Below, piece by piece: positions 1-9,987 of a DNA stretch of 28,485 bases. The notes under the pieces were generated by a model. That model did no database searches and had not been told where the DNA came from. It saw only the letters and a program-made list of their open reading frames with translations. Both the position numbers and the translations under genes were made by a program. Numbering within the stretch: position 1 is the stretch's first letter; the number at the start of each line of letters is the position of its first letter. The stretch is from Candidatus Micrarchaeota archaeon (lineage in GTDB: Archaea; Micrarchaeota; Micrarchaeia; Anstonellales; Bilamarchaeaceae): positions 1-28,485 of the forward strand of contig JAQBFN010000049.1 of assembly GCA_032123335.1 (NCBI GenBank), in the 5' to 3' direction.

Positions 1-2
1 CC

Positions 3-248
3 GGAGAAATGATACTTATTGATGAGGTCCTTACCCCGGATTCTTCAAGGTATTGGCCAATGGACAAATACGAATTGGGCGAGCTCGTTTCCTTAGATAA
101 GCAGTACCTGCGCAACTACCTGGAAACATTGGACTGGGGCAAAACCTACCCTCCGCCCACACTCCCGAAGGAAGTATTGGACAGGGTAAGCAACCTCTAC
201 CTAAGCGTATACGAGAAAATCACTGGAGAGAAGTTCCCAACTGAGTGA
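3..248 (+). CDS. purC: SAICAR synthetase, C-terminal part (5' end outside the window)
   Basis: Hallmark LIDEVLTPDSSRYW and SLDKQYLRNYL...PPPTLP motifs; the frame is open from position 3. Confidence 0.93.
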   Translation, partial: GEMILIDEVLTPDSSRYWPMDKYELGELVSLDKQYLRNYLETLDWGKTYPPPTLPKEVLDRVSNLYLSVYEKITGEKFPTE

Positions 249-264
249 TGGGAAACTGGAGTAC

Positions 265-732
265 TCACTCCAAAATTTCCTTTATTCTTGAAAGCGCTTC
301 CCGCCCTTCCCCAAGGTTCAGCCCAATAAGAAACCCAATGTGCAGCAGTTCATCCGCAGTGCGCATCCCTTCCTCATTTTCCGCAAAACTAGCCATCGCA
401 AAAGCAACCCTGTACTTTATGCACATGCGCGCAAAATTCCGCATCCGCTTAATCACGGAAGCACGTTTCCCCCCGGAGTTCCTGATCACTTCCGAAAGGT
501 CCAAAAGAAACACGGATTCCTTCCCCTCAAACCCCCGAATCAATTCCAACCCAATCGGATAATTCTCAACCTTAATCAAAACCCCCTTATTCCGCAGTTT
601 AAGTGCAGCCTCCTCAGAATCCACAATCCTAATCTTATCTTTAACCGATTCAGAAAAATAAGTTTTGGAGAATCCATATTCAGAGGGATTCCCGCATTCA
701 AACTTTAAAATATCAAAAAAAGGAAGGCTCAT
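265..732 (-). CDS. RNase P subunit p30 (Rpp30)-like protein, short form
   Basis: C-terminal KYRVAFAMASFAENEEGMRTADELLHIGFLIGLNLGEGREALS resembles the Rpp30 C-terminus; directly downstream of rpl15e with an ATGA overlap, the usual archaeal synteny. Confidence 0.7.
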   Translation of the reverse strand: MSLPFFDILKFECGNPSEYGFSKTYFSESVKDKIRIVDSEEAALKLRNKGVLIKVENYPIGLELIRGFEGKESVFLLDLSEVIRNSGGKRASVIKRMRNFARMCIKYRVAFAMASFAENEEGMRTADELLHIGFLIGLNLGEGREALSRIKEILE

Positions 733-1337
733 TTCTTAGCCTTGGATTCTTTTTCCTTGGAGGAGGGCTTAACTGTTCCCGGTCCCCCCTTAGTTCCAAA
801 GCTTTGCTTCCTTTCCTTTTTCTTTGAGCGCCTGCGCGGAGTTCTGTTGCCCTTTGCACGGTACCCACGGCTCTTTTTCCCTACACTTGTAAGCCCGCGG
901 TATGCTCTCCTCTTGTTCAGCTTAAGCCCAGCCCTCTCAGCATCCACCAGGATTATTTCGAAGAATTTGTAGTTTCCATCTTCCCCAACAAGATAAGAGT
1001 TCAGCACTTCAAGGTTAGTGTATTTCCTGTTAGCTTTTTGCTCTGCCTGCCCGCGCAAACTAGTGCCGGGCTGCACAATAAGGTATGCATGCGCAGGCTT
1101 CCTTCCACCACTTGGAGTTCGCCTTCGCCTTCGTCCTTTTCCAACGCGGACACGTGCAATCACATAACCCTCTTTGGCTTTGTACCCAAGAGTGCGTGCA
1201 CGAATAAGGTTAGTGGGCCTTTCCACCGGTGTAACAACAAGTTCCCTCCTCCATTTGAAGATTTTGTTCTTAAGGAGGTCCCCTCTTTCCTTCAGTTCTT
1301 TCTGGTATGTTTCTTTCATATATTTGTATGCTCCCAT
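729..1337 (-). CDS. rpl15e: 50S ribosomal protein eL15 (L15e)
   Basis: ERPTNLIRARTLGYKAKEGY, NLEVLNSYLVGEDGNYKFFEIILVD and RGLTSVGKKSRG motifs; start placed at ATG 1337 (MGAYKY) behind a GGTGA RBS rather than at the GTG at 1346. Confidence 0.97.
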   Translation of the reverse strand: MGAYKYMKETYQKELKERGDLLKNKIFKWRRELVVTPVERPTNLIRARTLGYKAKEGYVIARVRVGKGRRRRRTPSGGRKPAHAYLIVQPGTSLRGQAEQKANRKYTNLEVLNSYLVGEDGNYKFFEIILVDAERAGLKLNKRRAYRGLTSVGKKSRGYRAKGNRTPRRRSKKKERKQSFGTKGGPGTVKPSSKEKESKAKK

Positions 1338-1395
1338 ACGATTCACCTACGCTCCGTTCAGGATACCAACTCCCACATCCAGATGCGTGCTGTTC
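1338..1395 (-). promoter_or_regulatory. candidate eL15 ribosomal-protein leader (5' UTR)
   Basis: ~55-nt UTR between TATA-like TTTTTAAAG (1411-1419, minus strand) and the ATG; contains GGATGTGG...CCTGAAC, which I recall from euryarchaeal rpl15e leaders. Confidence 0.45.
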
Positions 1396-1458
1396 CTTAA
1401 GACGAGATACCTTTAAAAATAGTTGCGTCTTAAATTTTCTTTCCTTAGCGGTGTAGCT

Positions 1459-1791
1459 ATGCAGGATACTGATACTTCATTTATGAAAACGATAGAGAAT
1501 GTTAAGTCCGCTGAGCAGAAGGCGTCTTCTTTCAAGCAGGAGGCGGAAAAAAACGCTGAAAAAATTACCCTTTCTACGAAGAAAAAAGCCGAAGAGCTCA
1601 GGCTCAGGGGCGAAAAAGATGCTTTGGATCTCAAGGAGAAGAAAATCTCTGAAGGGAAAAAGGCGACCGAACAGGACGTAGGCAAACTCCTCTCCGTTGC
1701 AGAAAAGAAGGCAGCAGAGATAAAAAAGAACAAGGCAGGCTCCAAGGAAGTTTCCCGTCTTATGGACGATTTCCTAAACGCATTTCAGTGA
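1459..1791 (+). CDS. atpH: A/V-type ATP synthase subunit H (G-like peripheral stalk)
   Basis: Charged helical protein (IENVKSAEQKA...), first gene of the operon; GGTG RBS before ATG 1459. Confidence 0.8.
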   Translation: MQDTDTSFMKTIENVKSAEQKASSFKQEAEKNAEKITLSTKKKAEELRLRGEKDALDLKEKKISEGKKATEQDVGKLLSVAEKKAAEIKKNKAGSKEVSRLMDDFLNAFQ

Positions 1792-1795
1792 TGTT

Positions 1796-3694
1796 ATGTT
1801 AAATCCGGCGAAAATGCAGAAGATTAGACTTGTTGCAGTTAAGTCTACGTCCCGCGCCATCCTTGCGGAGCTCCATCGCCTCGGAATGCTTGAAATAAGA
1901 AGGTTCGAATCTGAAGATTTTGAAAGCGGAAAAACAGTTGAGATTTACGACCGCATCTCAGCAAGCCTCGTGCGCCTCCGCTCCATAAAATCCATGCTTG
2001 GCCTGATGGGCGAAGAGCCTAAAGACCTTGAAATGGACCTGGACAGGACACTGGAGGAAGCAGAAGCCTTCCAGGTAGCAGAAGGGCTCCAGGAAAAGCA
2101 CCGCATCATTGAGCAGAAATCCAATGAGATCTCAAATCTGGAATCAAGGCTCATGGATGCAATGAAGCTTTCCGAATTCAAGCTTGATTTCTCAAAGCTT
2201 GATTCAGAACACCTCAATTTTGCAGTGGGAACGATTCTTTCCGCAAGGCTCCAGTCCGTAACGAATGAGCTCCATGATGTGGCGATGGATTCACACCTTG
2301 TAGGAAAGGAAGCAGTAATAGCTCTCGCTTACCAGAAAGAGGATGCAAAGGCAGAGCTTGTACTGAGCAAGCACGGCTTCAACCCAATAGATATTGAAGG
2401 CTTTACAACCCCGGTGAATACTGCAAAGGATCTACAGGAAAAAATCTCAGAGCTCAAGGTAGAGGTAAACGAAATCAACTCCCAGATTGCGGAAATGGCG
2501 AAGAAGCACAGGGACAAAGTACTCAGGCTCACATATGCACTCAACCTCTGGTCCGAAAGGGCCCTCATAACCAAGGAAATGGGTTTCGGCTCCCAGACCA
2601 TGATAATTGAAGGCTGGGTACAAGCCTCAGATTACGAATCCTTCAAGAACACACTTGAAGCAAAGTTCGGAACCAAGGTTTACCTAGAAAAAATAGTTAA
2701 TGGGAAGGAAGAGCCCCCAGTGGTTCTCGACAATCCCAAATCAACCTATCCCACGGAATTCCTTGTGAGGATGTTTTCGCTTCCCAAGCCTTCGGAAGTG
2801 GACCCCACGATAATACTCTTCATTACGGTACCTCTTATTTACGGAATGATGCTCGGAGATGTTTTCTACGGGCTTATCTCATTTCTGCTTGCAAGCTGGC
2901 TCCAGAAAAAATGGAAAAAAGGAGGGCTCGGCTACGGGGTCGCTTCAATCTGGAAGTTCTCCGCAATTGCAGGCATCTGTTTCGGTGTAATTTTCGATGA
3001 GTGGCTTGGAATGTCCCTTTACCAATTACTGGAAGTGTTCCAGATGTGGGGGCTCCTAAATCTCTCAGCCCTGGGCATAACCGGCCCGCTCTATGCAGGG
3101 TTTCACAGGGGTGCAAACGTATCCCTCCTGATCGGACTATCCATCCTCTTAGGTCTCGTGCACCTTGCACTTGGTTTCCTCATAGGAGCAATAAACGAAT
3201 GGAACCACAACAGGAAGCACGCAATCGGCAAGCTTGCCTGGATATTCATTGAGCTGGGGGGATTCCTTGCAGTATCCACTGCGATGTTCGGAGTATTCCC
3301 ACCCGTATTCGTAGAAGTCGGGCTTGGCATATTCATTCTATCCACAATCATAATGGCATTCACTGAGGGCCCAATTGGGCTGATGGAAATTCCAGGGCTT
3401 CTTGGAAACATCCTCTCATATGCCCGTATCGCTGCAGTAGGCCTGGTAGGTGTCCTCCTCGCAGAGCTCATAAATAACAGTTTTATTCCAAATCCGGAAC
3501 AGGGAATTGTTTACGCAATCCTGCTGCTTCCGATATTGATACTTTTCCATGTATTAAACATTGGCCTTGCGATGGTGGAGTGCGTTGTGCAGGGCGGCCG
3601 TCTGAACTTAGTTGAGTTTTATGGAAAATTCTTCCATGGCGGTGGAAAGGAGTTCACTCCGTTCGCAATAAATGCAGTAAATGAAAATAGGTGA
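1796..3694 (+). CDS. atpI: A/V-type ATP synthase subunit I (a)
   Basis: P-x-KM start, GMMLGDVFYG, LSYARIAAVGL (essential Arg), RLNLVEFYGKFF-x-GGGKEF-x-PF. Confidence 0.96.
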   Translation: MLNPAKMQKIRLVAVKSTSRAILAELHRLGMLEIRRFESEDFESGKTVEIYDRISASLVRLRSIKSMLGLMGEEPKDLEMDLDRTLEEAEAFQVAEGLQEKHRIIEQKSNEISNLESRLMDAMKLSEFKLDFSKLDSEHLNFAVGTILSARLQSVTNELHDVAMDSHLVGKEAVIALAYQKEDAKAELVLSKHGFNPIDIEGFTTPVNTAKDLQEKISELKVEVNEINSQIAEMAKKHRDKVLRLTYALNLWSERALITKEMGFGSQTMIIEGWVQASDYESFKNTLEAKFGTKVYLEKIVNGKEEPPVVLDNPKSTYPTEFLVRMFSLPKPSEVDPTIILFITVPLIYGMMLGDVFYGLISFLLASWLQKKWKKGGLGYGVASIWKFSAIAGICFGVIFDEWLGMSLYQLLEVFQMWGLLNLSALGITGPLYAGFHRGANVSLLIGLSILLGLVHLALGFLIGAINEWNHNRKHAIGKLAWIFIELGGFLAVSTAMFGVFPPVFVEVGLGIFILSTIIMAFTEGPIGLMEIPGLLGNILSYARIAAVGLVGVLLAELINNSFIPNPEQGIVYAILLLPILILFHVLNIGLAMVECVVQGGRLNLVEFYGKFFHGGGKEFTPFAINAVNENR

Positions 3695-3700
3695 AAAAAA

Positions 3701-3946
3701 ATGACAACAGGTACGGAGTTTTTTGGCGCTGACGGACTTATCGCCATCAGTGCAGGACTGTCGATTGGAATCGGAGCACTCGCTACCGGTATGGCGCAAG
3801 CCTCTATCGGTTCAAGCGGTATGGGAGTTCTGGCGGAAAAGCCTGAGGAATTCACAAAGGTACTTATCTGCCTTGCACTTCCGGAAACACTCGTGATTCT
3901 CGGATTCGTTATCGCATTCCTGCTCGTAGGACAGATCGGAGCTTGA
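3701..3946 (+). CDS. atpK: A/V-type ATP synthase subunit K (c, single-hairpin proteolipid)
   Basis: Two hydrophobic helices, AEKPE loop, LPETLVILGFVIAF containing the ion-binding Glu. Confidence 0.96.
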   Translation: MTTGTEFFGADGLIAISAGLSIGIGALATGMAQASIGSSGMGVLAEKPEEFTKVLICLALPETLVILGFVIAFLLVGQIGA

Positions 3947-3969
3947 TCCCCTTCCCGGAAGGTGTGTGA

Positions 3970-4533
3970 ATGGGCATTGACCATCTCACCGCCGACATTC
4001 TTGCGGAAGCAAGGAAGGAGGCGAAGGCGATAACTGACGCAGCGGAAGCTGAGAAGAAAAAAGCCCTCGAAGAGGAAAGGCAGAAGTCAAAGGAACTGTT
4101 TTCCAAGGCAGGAAAGGAGGCCGATGACTTCGTGGCGGCACAGAGGCGCGAGCGCATAGCTTGGGCAAAGCTGGAAGCCAAGAAGATTGAAGGCGAAGCC
4201 AGGGAATTCGTAGTTACGGATGCAATGGATTCCTTCTACAAGAGCATTGCGGCTTTCCGAAAATCCAAGCATTACGAGAAATTCCTCAATGAGCGGGTAA
4301 AGGAAGCGACAATTGCAATCGTGACCAAAACCCACACCGCGCGCGTCTGCAAGGGAGACAAGAATCTCCTCAAAGGCTTTAAGGGAACCATTAGGGAAGA
4401 CCTTACGGGCATGGGAGGCGCAATCGTATTGTCCCCGGACGAAACAGTGCAGGTGGACTGCACCCTTGAAGGGCTTTTCGAGGAAAAAATGGAACTTCTG
4501 AGGAAGAAGGTTTATGAGCGCATGTTTAGGTGA
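3970..4533 (+). CDS. atpE: A/V-type ATP synthase subunit E
   Basis: N-terminal ILAEARKEAKAI coiled coil, C-terminal MGGAIV...VDCTLE; operon position. Confidence 0.9.
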   Translation: MGIDHLTADILAEARKEAKAITDAAEAEKKKALEEERQKSKELFSKAGKEADDFVAAQRRERIAWAKLEAKKIEGEAREFVVTDAMDSFYKSIAAFRKSKHYEKFLNERVKEATIAIVTKTHTARVCKGDKNLLKGFKGTIREDLTGMGGAIVLSPDETVQVDCTLEGLFEEKMELLRKKVYERMFR

Positions 4534-4540
4534 TTAATGA

Positions 4541-5701
4541 ATGGATAACTTGCCGGCCAACGTACACGATATTGCACCCCATACACGCCTGGCAGCCTTT
4601 GTAAAGGGGCTGCTCCACAACAGGCAGCTTACCTATGGGTATGCAAGCACCAGGGTAAAGGCCAGGAAAGCGCTTATCCTGCAAAAGAACTTCTATGAGG
4701 ATTTGCTCAACCAGAGGACTTTTGCCGGAATGATCTCCATGCTTGAGCGTACATATTACAAGAAAGTTCTGACCGGCGGGCTGCTCCTGGATTTCTATTC
4801 GCCTGAAGCCGGCTCCGAATTCCTGGAGATGGCTGCGGAAATCCACTATAGGGATGTGGTCAACAAGGTGAGGAGCTTTACCCCCCTGGATGGCCTTCCG
4901 GTAGTGAACAGGCTCATGCGCAAATGGGACATTCTCAACCTGCGCACGATAATTTCCTCAAGGCGCACAGGGAAAACCTGGAAACAGATTTACCCCTACA
5001 TTGTTTCCGCAGGTGAGCTTACCGTTGCTGAAATGAAAAAGATTGCAGAAAGCGATCCGGAAAAGCTTTATGTGCGCATAAAGGCAACCCCTATAGGAAG
5101 GGAGATTCTTGCCCAGTCAAGCAGGGGGCTTAAGGGAACCGAGCTCGAACAGATTTTCATAAAAGCAATCAAGAGTGCCGAAGTGCTCAGCCAGCTCCAG
5201 GTGATTCTTGATGCGAGTTACTACAACTACCTCCAGAGCGGGATTACATCCTCAGACAAGGATGTTGCGTGGATTCGCAAGACAGTTGCAAAGGAAATCG
5301 ACCTCCGCAACATCGTAAATACCCTGCGCCTGAAGAACAACGGAATAACCGACCCGGCAAAAATTACCCCCCATCTTATCCAGGGTGGAAGGGCAAAGGC
5401 AAACTGCATTGAGGCCCTTCTCAAGGCAAAGAATTACAAGGAAGTTGTGCAGGCAATCAAGCCCATGTTCAAGCTGGAGAGGGATGACTTCAAATCGCTT
5501 TCAGAGCTGGAGGTTGCGCTAGAGCAGGAACTCGCAAGGGAAAGGGTTCGCGTATTCTACAGGAACCCCGTATCCATTGCAACCATAGTTGGATTCCTAT
5601 TCATTAAGGAGGAAGAGATGAACAACCTCCGAAAAATTGTAAGGGGCAAGGATTACCACCTTACCCCCGAGGAGATTAAGCCTATGCTCGTATACTATTG
5701 A
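4541..5701 (+). CDS. atpC: A/V-type ATP synthase subunit C
   Basis: YGYASTRVKA, KWDILNLRTI, EIDLRNIVNTLR and KEEEMNNLRKIVRGK motifs. Confidence 0.93.
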   Translation: MDNLPANVHDIAPHTRLAAFVKGLLHNRQLTYGYASTRVKARKALILQKNFYEDLLNQRTFAGMISMLERTYYKKVLTGGLLLDFYSPEAGSEFLEMAAEIHYRDVVNKVRSFTPLDGLPVVNRLMRKWDILNLRTIISSRRTGKTWKQIYPYIVSAGELTVAEMKKIAESDPEKLYVRIKATPIGREILAQSSRGLKGTELEQIFIKAIKSAEVLSQLQVILDASYYNYLQSGITSSDKDVAWIRKTVAKEIDLRNIVNTLRLKNNGITDPAKITPHLIQGGRAKANCIEALLKAKNYKEVVQAIKPMFKLERDDFKSLSELEVALEQELARERVRVFYRNPVSIATIVGFLFIKEEEMNNLRKIVRGKDYHLTPEEIKPMLVYY

Positions 5702-5710
5702 GGTGCAAAC

Positions 5711-6034
5711 ATGTCAGAGAAAATCGCAGTGATTGGGGACCGGGCTATCGCAGCAGGCTTCCGCCTTGCAGGAATTTACCATATTTACACAACAGAAAAA
5801 GGCAGGGAATTTGAGGACAAGCTGAAGGAGGTAATCGCTGACCCCATGTTTGGGATAGTGATTGTGAATGAATCATACCTTCCCGGGATAGACTGGAGGC
5901 TCAAAAAGAAAATCGACAACCTTGCACACCCAGTGGTAGTAGGAGTTGCAGACATCTCAGGAAAGTCTGCTGAAGGCGAAGACCTGAGCGAGCTCATCAA
6001 GAAAGCTCTAGGGTTTGATGTTTCAAAAAAATAA
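5711..6034 (+). CDS. atpF: A/V-type ATP synthase subunit F
   Basis: KIAVIGD...GFRLAGI; C-terminal IKKALGFD. Confidence 0.96.
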   Translation: MSEKIAVIGDRAIAAGFRLAGIYHIYTTEKGREFEDKLKEVIADPMFGIVIVNESYLPGIDWRLKKKIDNLAHPVVVGVADISGKSAEGEDLSELIKKALGFDVSKK

Positions 6035-6045
6035 TGGTGGTATGA

Positions 6046-7797
6046 ATGGCAATTAAAGGAAGGCTTTCACGCATTACCGGCCCTGTCGTAGTTGCGAAGG
6101 ACCTCTATGGCGCAAAACTCTACGATGTGGTTAGGGTTGGCGAGGAACATCTCGTCGGTGAAATCATCAAGATTGTAGGCAACGAATGCGTTGTCCAGGT
6201 GTACGAAGATACTGCAGGCCTTAAGCCAGGAGAAGAGGTTACCTCAACAGGTGAGCCCCTATCCGTAGAGCTTGGCCCAGGTATTCTCCGTTCATTCTAT
6301 GATGGAATCCAGAGGCCGCTCCAGGGAATGGAAAAGGTCGCAGGAGCTTTCATTACCCGTGGAATTAATGTGGCTCCCCTGGACCACAAAAAGAAGTGGG
6401 ACTTCAAGGCGCTCCGCAAAAAAGGAGAGAAAGTTGAAGTTGGGGACATACTCGGTGAAGTACAGGAAACAGATGTCATCAACCACAAGATTCTTGCAAC
6501 AGACTCCGGAATCCTTTTGGACATAAGCTCCGGAAAATTCACGCTCGATGACCAGATAGGGACAATTGATGCGCGCAAGAAAAAGGTCCCGGTCCGGCTT
6601 TACCACCGCTGGGTCGTAAGGAAGCCCCGCCCCTGCAGGGAGAAGTTCCCGCCCATCGTGCCACTCTCCACAGGAATGAGGATTGTAGACACATTCGCTC
6701 CCATTGCAAAGGGAGGAACCGCATGCATTCCCGGACCGTTCGGCTCAGGGAAAACGGTTACCCAGCAGTCCCTTGCAAAATGGTCTGATGCAGAAATCGT
6801 TGTATACATCGGATGCGGTGAGCGTGGAAATGAGATGACGGAAGTCCTTAATGAGTTCCCCAAGATTATCGACCCGAAGACAGGGAAGCCCCTCATGGAG
6901 CGCACAGTGCTCATTGCAAACACCTCCAACATGCCGGTAGCAGCGCGAGAAGCTTCAATTTATACAGGAATTACCCTCGCAGAGTATTACCGTGATATGG
7001 GTTACGGTGTTTCCCTGATGGCAGATTCCACTTCAAGGTGGGCAGAGGCTCTCCGTGAAATTTCCGGAAGGCTCGAAGAGATGCCTGGTGAAGAAGGTTA
7101 CCCCGCATACCTCGCGCGCAAGCTCGCAGAGTTCTACGAGCGTGCAGGAAGGGTAAAGACCCTCGGTTCCCCGGACCGCGAAGGAAGCGTCACAGTTATC
7201 GGTGCGGTTTCCCCGCCCGGTGGAGACATCTCCGAGCCTGTTTCGCAGAACACGCTTCGTGTTACCAAGGTGTTCCTTGCACTTGATGCATCCCTTGCGC
7301 ACAGGAGGCACTTCCCCGCACTGAACTGGCTCAACAGCTATTCGCTTTACACAGAAACCCTCGATCCATGGTATGAAGAAAACGTGGGTGCAGACTGGCC
7401 AACTCTCAGGAACGAGGCAATGGCCCTCCTGCAGAAGGAAGCGGAACTCCAGGAAATCGTCCAGCTCGTTGGGCCGGATGCGCTCCCGGAAAAGGAGCAG
7501 GCAATCCTCCTTGTAACCAAGATGATTAGGGAAGACTACCTGCAGCAGTCCGCATTCCACGAGGTTGATGCGTTCTCAACCATGGCCAAGCAGCACCGCA
7601 TGCTCAAGAACATCATGCGTTTCTATGAGCGTGCAATGGGCGCTGTTGACATGGGCATCCAGCTCAAGACCATCTCCAGCATGAAGGTGATGGAGAAGAT
7701 TGGAAGGATGAAGGAAATCCCAGAGGACAAGATGAAGGATATCGAAGCTATCTACAGTAGCATAGATAGTGAATTCGATTCGCTCAAGAGGGAGTAG
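6046..7797 (+). CDS. atpA: A/V-type ATP synthase catalytic subunit A
   Basis: P-loop [36 protein letters not shown]; no intein. Confidence 0.99.
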   Translation: MAIKGRLSRITGPVVVAKDLYGAKLYDVVRVGEEHLVGEIIKIVGNECVVQVYEDTAGLKPGEEVTSTGEPLSVELGPGILRSFYDGIQRPLQGMEKVAGAFITRGINVAPLDHKKKWDFKALRKKGEKVEVGDILGEVQETDVINHKILATDSGILLDISSGKFTLDDQIGTIDARKKKVPVRLYHRWVVRKPRPCREKFPPIVPLSTGMRIVDTFAPIAKGGTACIPGPFGSGKTVTQQSLAKWSDAEIVVYIGCGERGNEMTEVLNEFPKIIDPKTGKPLMERTVLIANTSNMPVAAREASIYTGITLAEYYRDMGYGVSLMADSTSRWAEALREISGRLEEMPGEEGYPAYLARKLAEFYERAGRVKTLGSPDREGSVTVIGAVSPPGGDISEPVSQNTLRVTKVFLALDASLAHRRHFPALNWLNSYSLYTETLDPWYEENVGADWPTLRNEAMALLQKEAELQEIVQLVGPDALPEKEQAILLVTKMIREDYLQQSAFHEVDAFSTMAKQHRMLKNIMRFYERAMGAVDMGIQLKTISSMKVMEKIGRMKEIPEDKMKDIEAIYSSIDSEFDSLKRE

Positions 7798-7805
7798 GTG
7801 ATAAT

Positions 7806-9323
7806 ATGAAGGAATACAAAACAGTTTCACAGATTGCGGGTCCGCTTGTATTTGTTGATGGAGTAAAGGGAGTGGGCTACAACGAGCTCGTTGAAGTTAC
7901 TCTTCCAGACGGAAGCAAGCAGAAGGGCCAGGTTCTTGATATTTCCGAGAAGGTCGCGGTGGTGCAGCTTTTCGGTTCCACTGCAGGCCTGAATATCCCG
8001 GACACATCCGTTAAGTTCCTTGGAGAAACCATGAAGCTTGGTGTAAGCGAGGACATGCTCGGGCGTATTTTCTCCGGGCTTGGAGAGCCCCGCGACAACG
8101 CGCCCAAGCCGGTTGCGGAAGACCACCTTGATATCGCAGGTGCCCCAATTAATCCATATTCCCGTGCAGAGCCCCGTGACTTTATCCAGACCGGTGTTTC
8201 CACAATTGACTGCATGAACACCCTTGTGCGTGGCCAGAAGCTCCCAATCTTTTCAGCTTCCGGGCTTCCGCACAACCAGCTCGCGGTCCAGATTGCCCGC
8301 CAATCCAAAACAAAGGACCAGAAGGAGGAGTTCGCAGTAGTTTTCGCAGCAGTAGGGATTACGCACGAAGAGGCATCCTACTTTATGCGTGATTTCGAGA
8401 AAACCGGTGCACTTGAGCGCGCAGTTCTTTTCCTGAACCTCGCGGACGACCCCTCAGTCGAGCGTATCATTACACCCCGTCTCGCGCTCACCACTGCAGA
8501 ATACCTTGCATTCGAAAAAGGAATGCACGTGCTCGTAATTATCACAGACATGACCAATTATTGTGAGGCGCTTCGTGAAATTGCATCAGCAAGGCAGGAA
8601 GTTCCCGGCCGCCGTGGTTATCCAGGTTACATGTACACAGACCTTTCAACCATTTATGAGCGTGCCGGCCGCATCAAGGGAAAGAAGGGGACAATTACCC
8701 AGTTCCCAATCCTTACGATGCCCGGTGACGACATCACCCACCCAATCCCTGACCTTACAGGTTACATTACCGAAGGGCAGATTGTGCTTTCCCGTGACCT
8801 TCACAGGAAGAACGTTTCTCCCCCGGTTGACCCGCTCCCGTCTCTTTCAAGGCTCATGAACCTGGGTATTGGCCCCGGGAGTACCCGTGAGGACCACAGG
8901 GGAGTCGCAGACCAGCTTTACGCTGCATACGCAAACGGCCGTGACCTGAGGAGCCTTAGTGCGGTTGTAGGTGAGGAATCCCTTACAGACACTGACCGAA
9001 GATACCTCAAGTTCGCGGATGAGTTTGAGAAGAAGTTCATTATGCAGGGCCAGAACGAGGACCGCACAATTGAGCAGACTCTTGACCTTGGATGGGAGCT
9101 CATGAGCATGCTGCCTGAAGGGGAACTCAAGCGTGTTAAGGTTGAGTTCATCAAGAAGTATGGTTCAAGGTTCAGGGAGGGCGGCGCAAAAGCCATTGAG
9201 CCCAAGCCTGCAGAGGGGGAAGAAGCGCCTGCAAGGAAGGAAGCCTCCAAGGCTCCCTCCAGAAAGGCCCCAAAGAAGGCACCTGCAAAGAAAGCAAAAA
9301 AGAAATCCAAAAAGAAAAAGTAA
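7806..9323 (+). CDS. atpB: A/V-type ATP synthase subunit B with a basic C-terminal tail
   Basis: [45 protein letters not shown]. Confidence 0.99.
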   Translation: MKEYKTVSQIAGPLVFVDGVKGVGYNELVEVTLPDGSKQKGQVLDISEKVAVVQLFGSTAGLNIPDTSVKFLGETMKLGVSEDMLGRIFSGLGEPRDNAPKPVAEDHLDIAGAPINPYSRAEPRDFIQTGVSTIDCMNTLVRGQKLPIFSASGLPHNQLAVQIARQSKTKDQKEEFAVVFAAVGITHEEASYFMRDFEKTGALERAVLFLNLADDPSVERIITPRLALTTAEYLAFEKGMHVLVIITDMTNYCEALREIASARQEVPGRRGYPGYMYTDLSTIYERAGRIKGKKGTITQFPILTMPGDDITHPIPDLTGYITEGQIVLSRDLHRKNVSPPVDPLPSLSRLMNLGIGPGSTREDHRGVADQLYAAYANGRDLRSLSAVVGEESLTDTDRRYLKFADEFEKKFIMQGQNEDRTIEQTLDLGWELMSMLPEGELKRVKVEFIKKYGSRFREGGAKAIEPKPAEGEEAPARKEASKAPSRKAPKKAPAKKAKKKSKKKK

Positions 9324-9336
9324 ATAGGCGGTAATA

Positions 9337-9987
9337 ATGGCTGAAAGGGTTAACCCAACCAGGATGGAACTGCTCAAGACCAAAGCAAGGATTAAGCTTG
9401 CAAAGAACGGGCACAACCTCCTGAAGCAGAAGCGTGATGCACTCATCATGGAGTTCTTCAAAATACTGAAGAAAGCCAAGGATTTGCGCGGAGAGCTGAA
9501 TGAAAAGATGGGCACAGCCTACAAGTCTCTTTCTATCGCACATGCATACCACACCACGTTTGAGCTTGAATCCATCGCAGCAGGGCTTGAGCAGGACCTC
9601 GGCCTTGAGGTGAAGTCCCGCAACGTAATGGGTGTGCGCATTCCCGAAATCAAGGAAGCAATCGAAGAAAGGGGATTCGGGGAGCGCGGCTACTCAATAA
9701 TGGGGACTTCCGCAAAAATTGATGATGTGGTTGAAAATTTCGGGAGTGTTCTCAAGCTCGTGGTTACCCTTGCGGAAACCGAAACCGCAATCAAGCGCCT
9801 TATTAAGGAAATCGAGAAAACCAAGAGGCGTGTAAACGCACTTGAATTCGTAGTTATTCCAAGGCTCGAGCAGCAGCGTGAAGTCATCATTTTCCGCCTT
9901 GAGGAAATGGAGCGTGACTCTTTTGTTTCCCTTAAAGTAATTAAGCGCAGGCTTGAGAAGGAGGCCGCAGAGAAGGAGGCCGCCTGA
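9337..9987 (+). CDS. atpD: A/V-type ATP synthase subunit D
   Basis: PTRMELL, GHNLLKQKRDAL, TKRRVNALE. Confidence 0.98.
   Translation: MAERVNPTRMELLKTKARIKLAKNGHNLLKQKRDALIMEFFKILKKAKDLRGELNEKMGTAYKSLSIAHAYHTTFELESIAAGLEQDLGLEVKSRNVMGVRIPEIKEAIEERGFGERGYSIMGTSAKIDDVVENFGSVLKLVVTLAETETAIKRLIKEIEKTKRRVNALEFVVIPRLEQQREVIIFRLEEMERDSFVSLKVIKRRLEKEAAEKEAA

Noticed and set aside
6046..7797. Intein in ATP synthase subunit A
   Set aside because: 583 aa and continuous at the GSGKT and GCGER insertion sites
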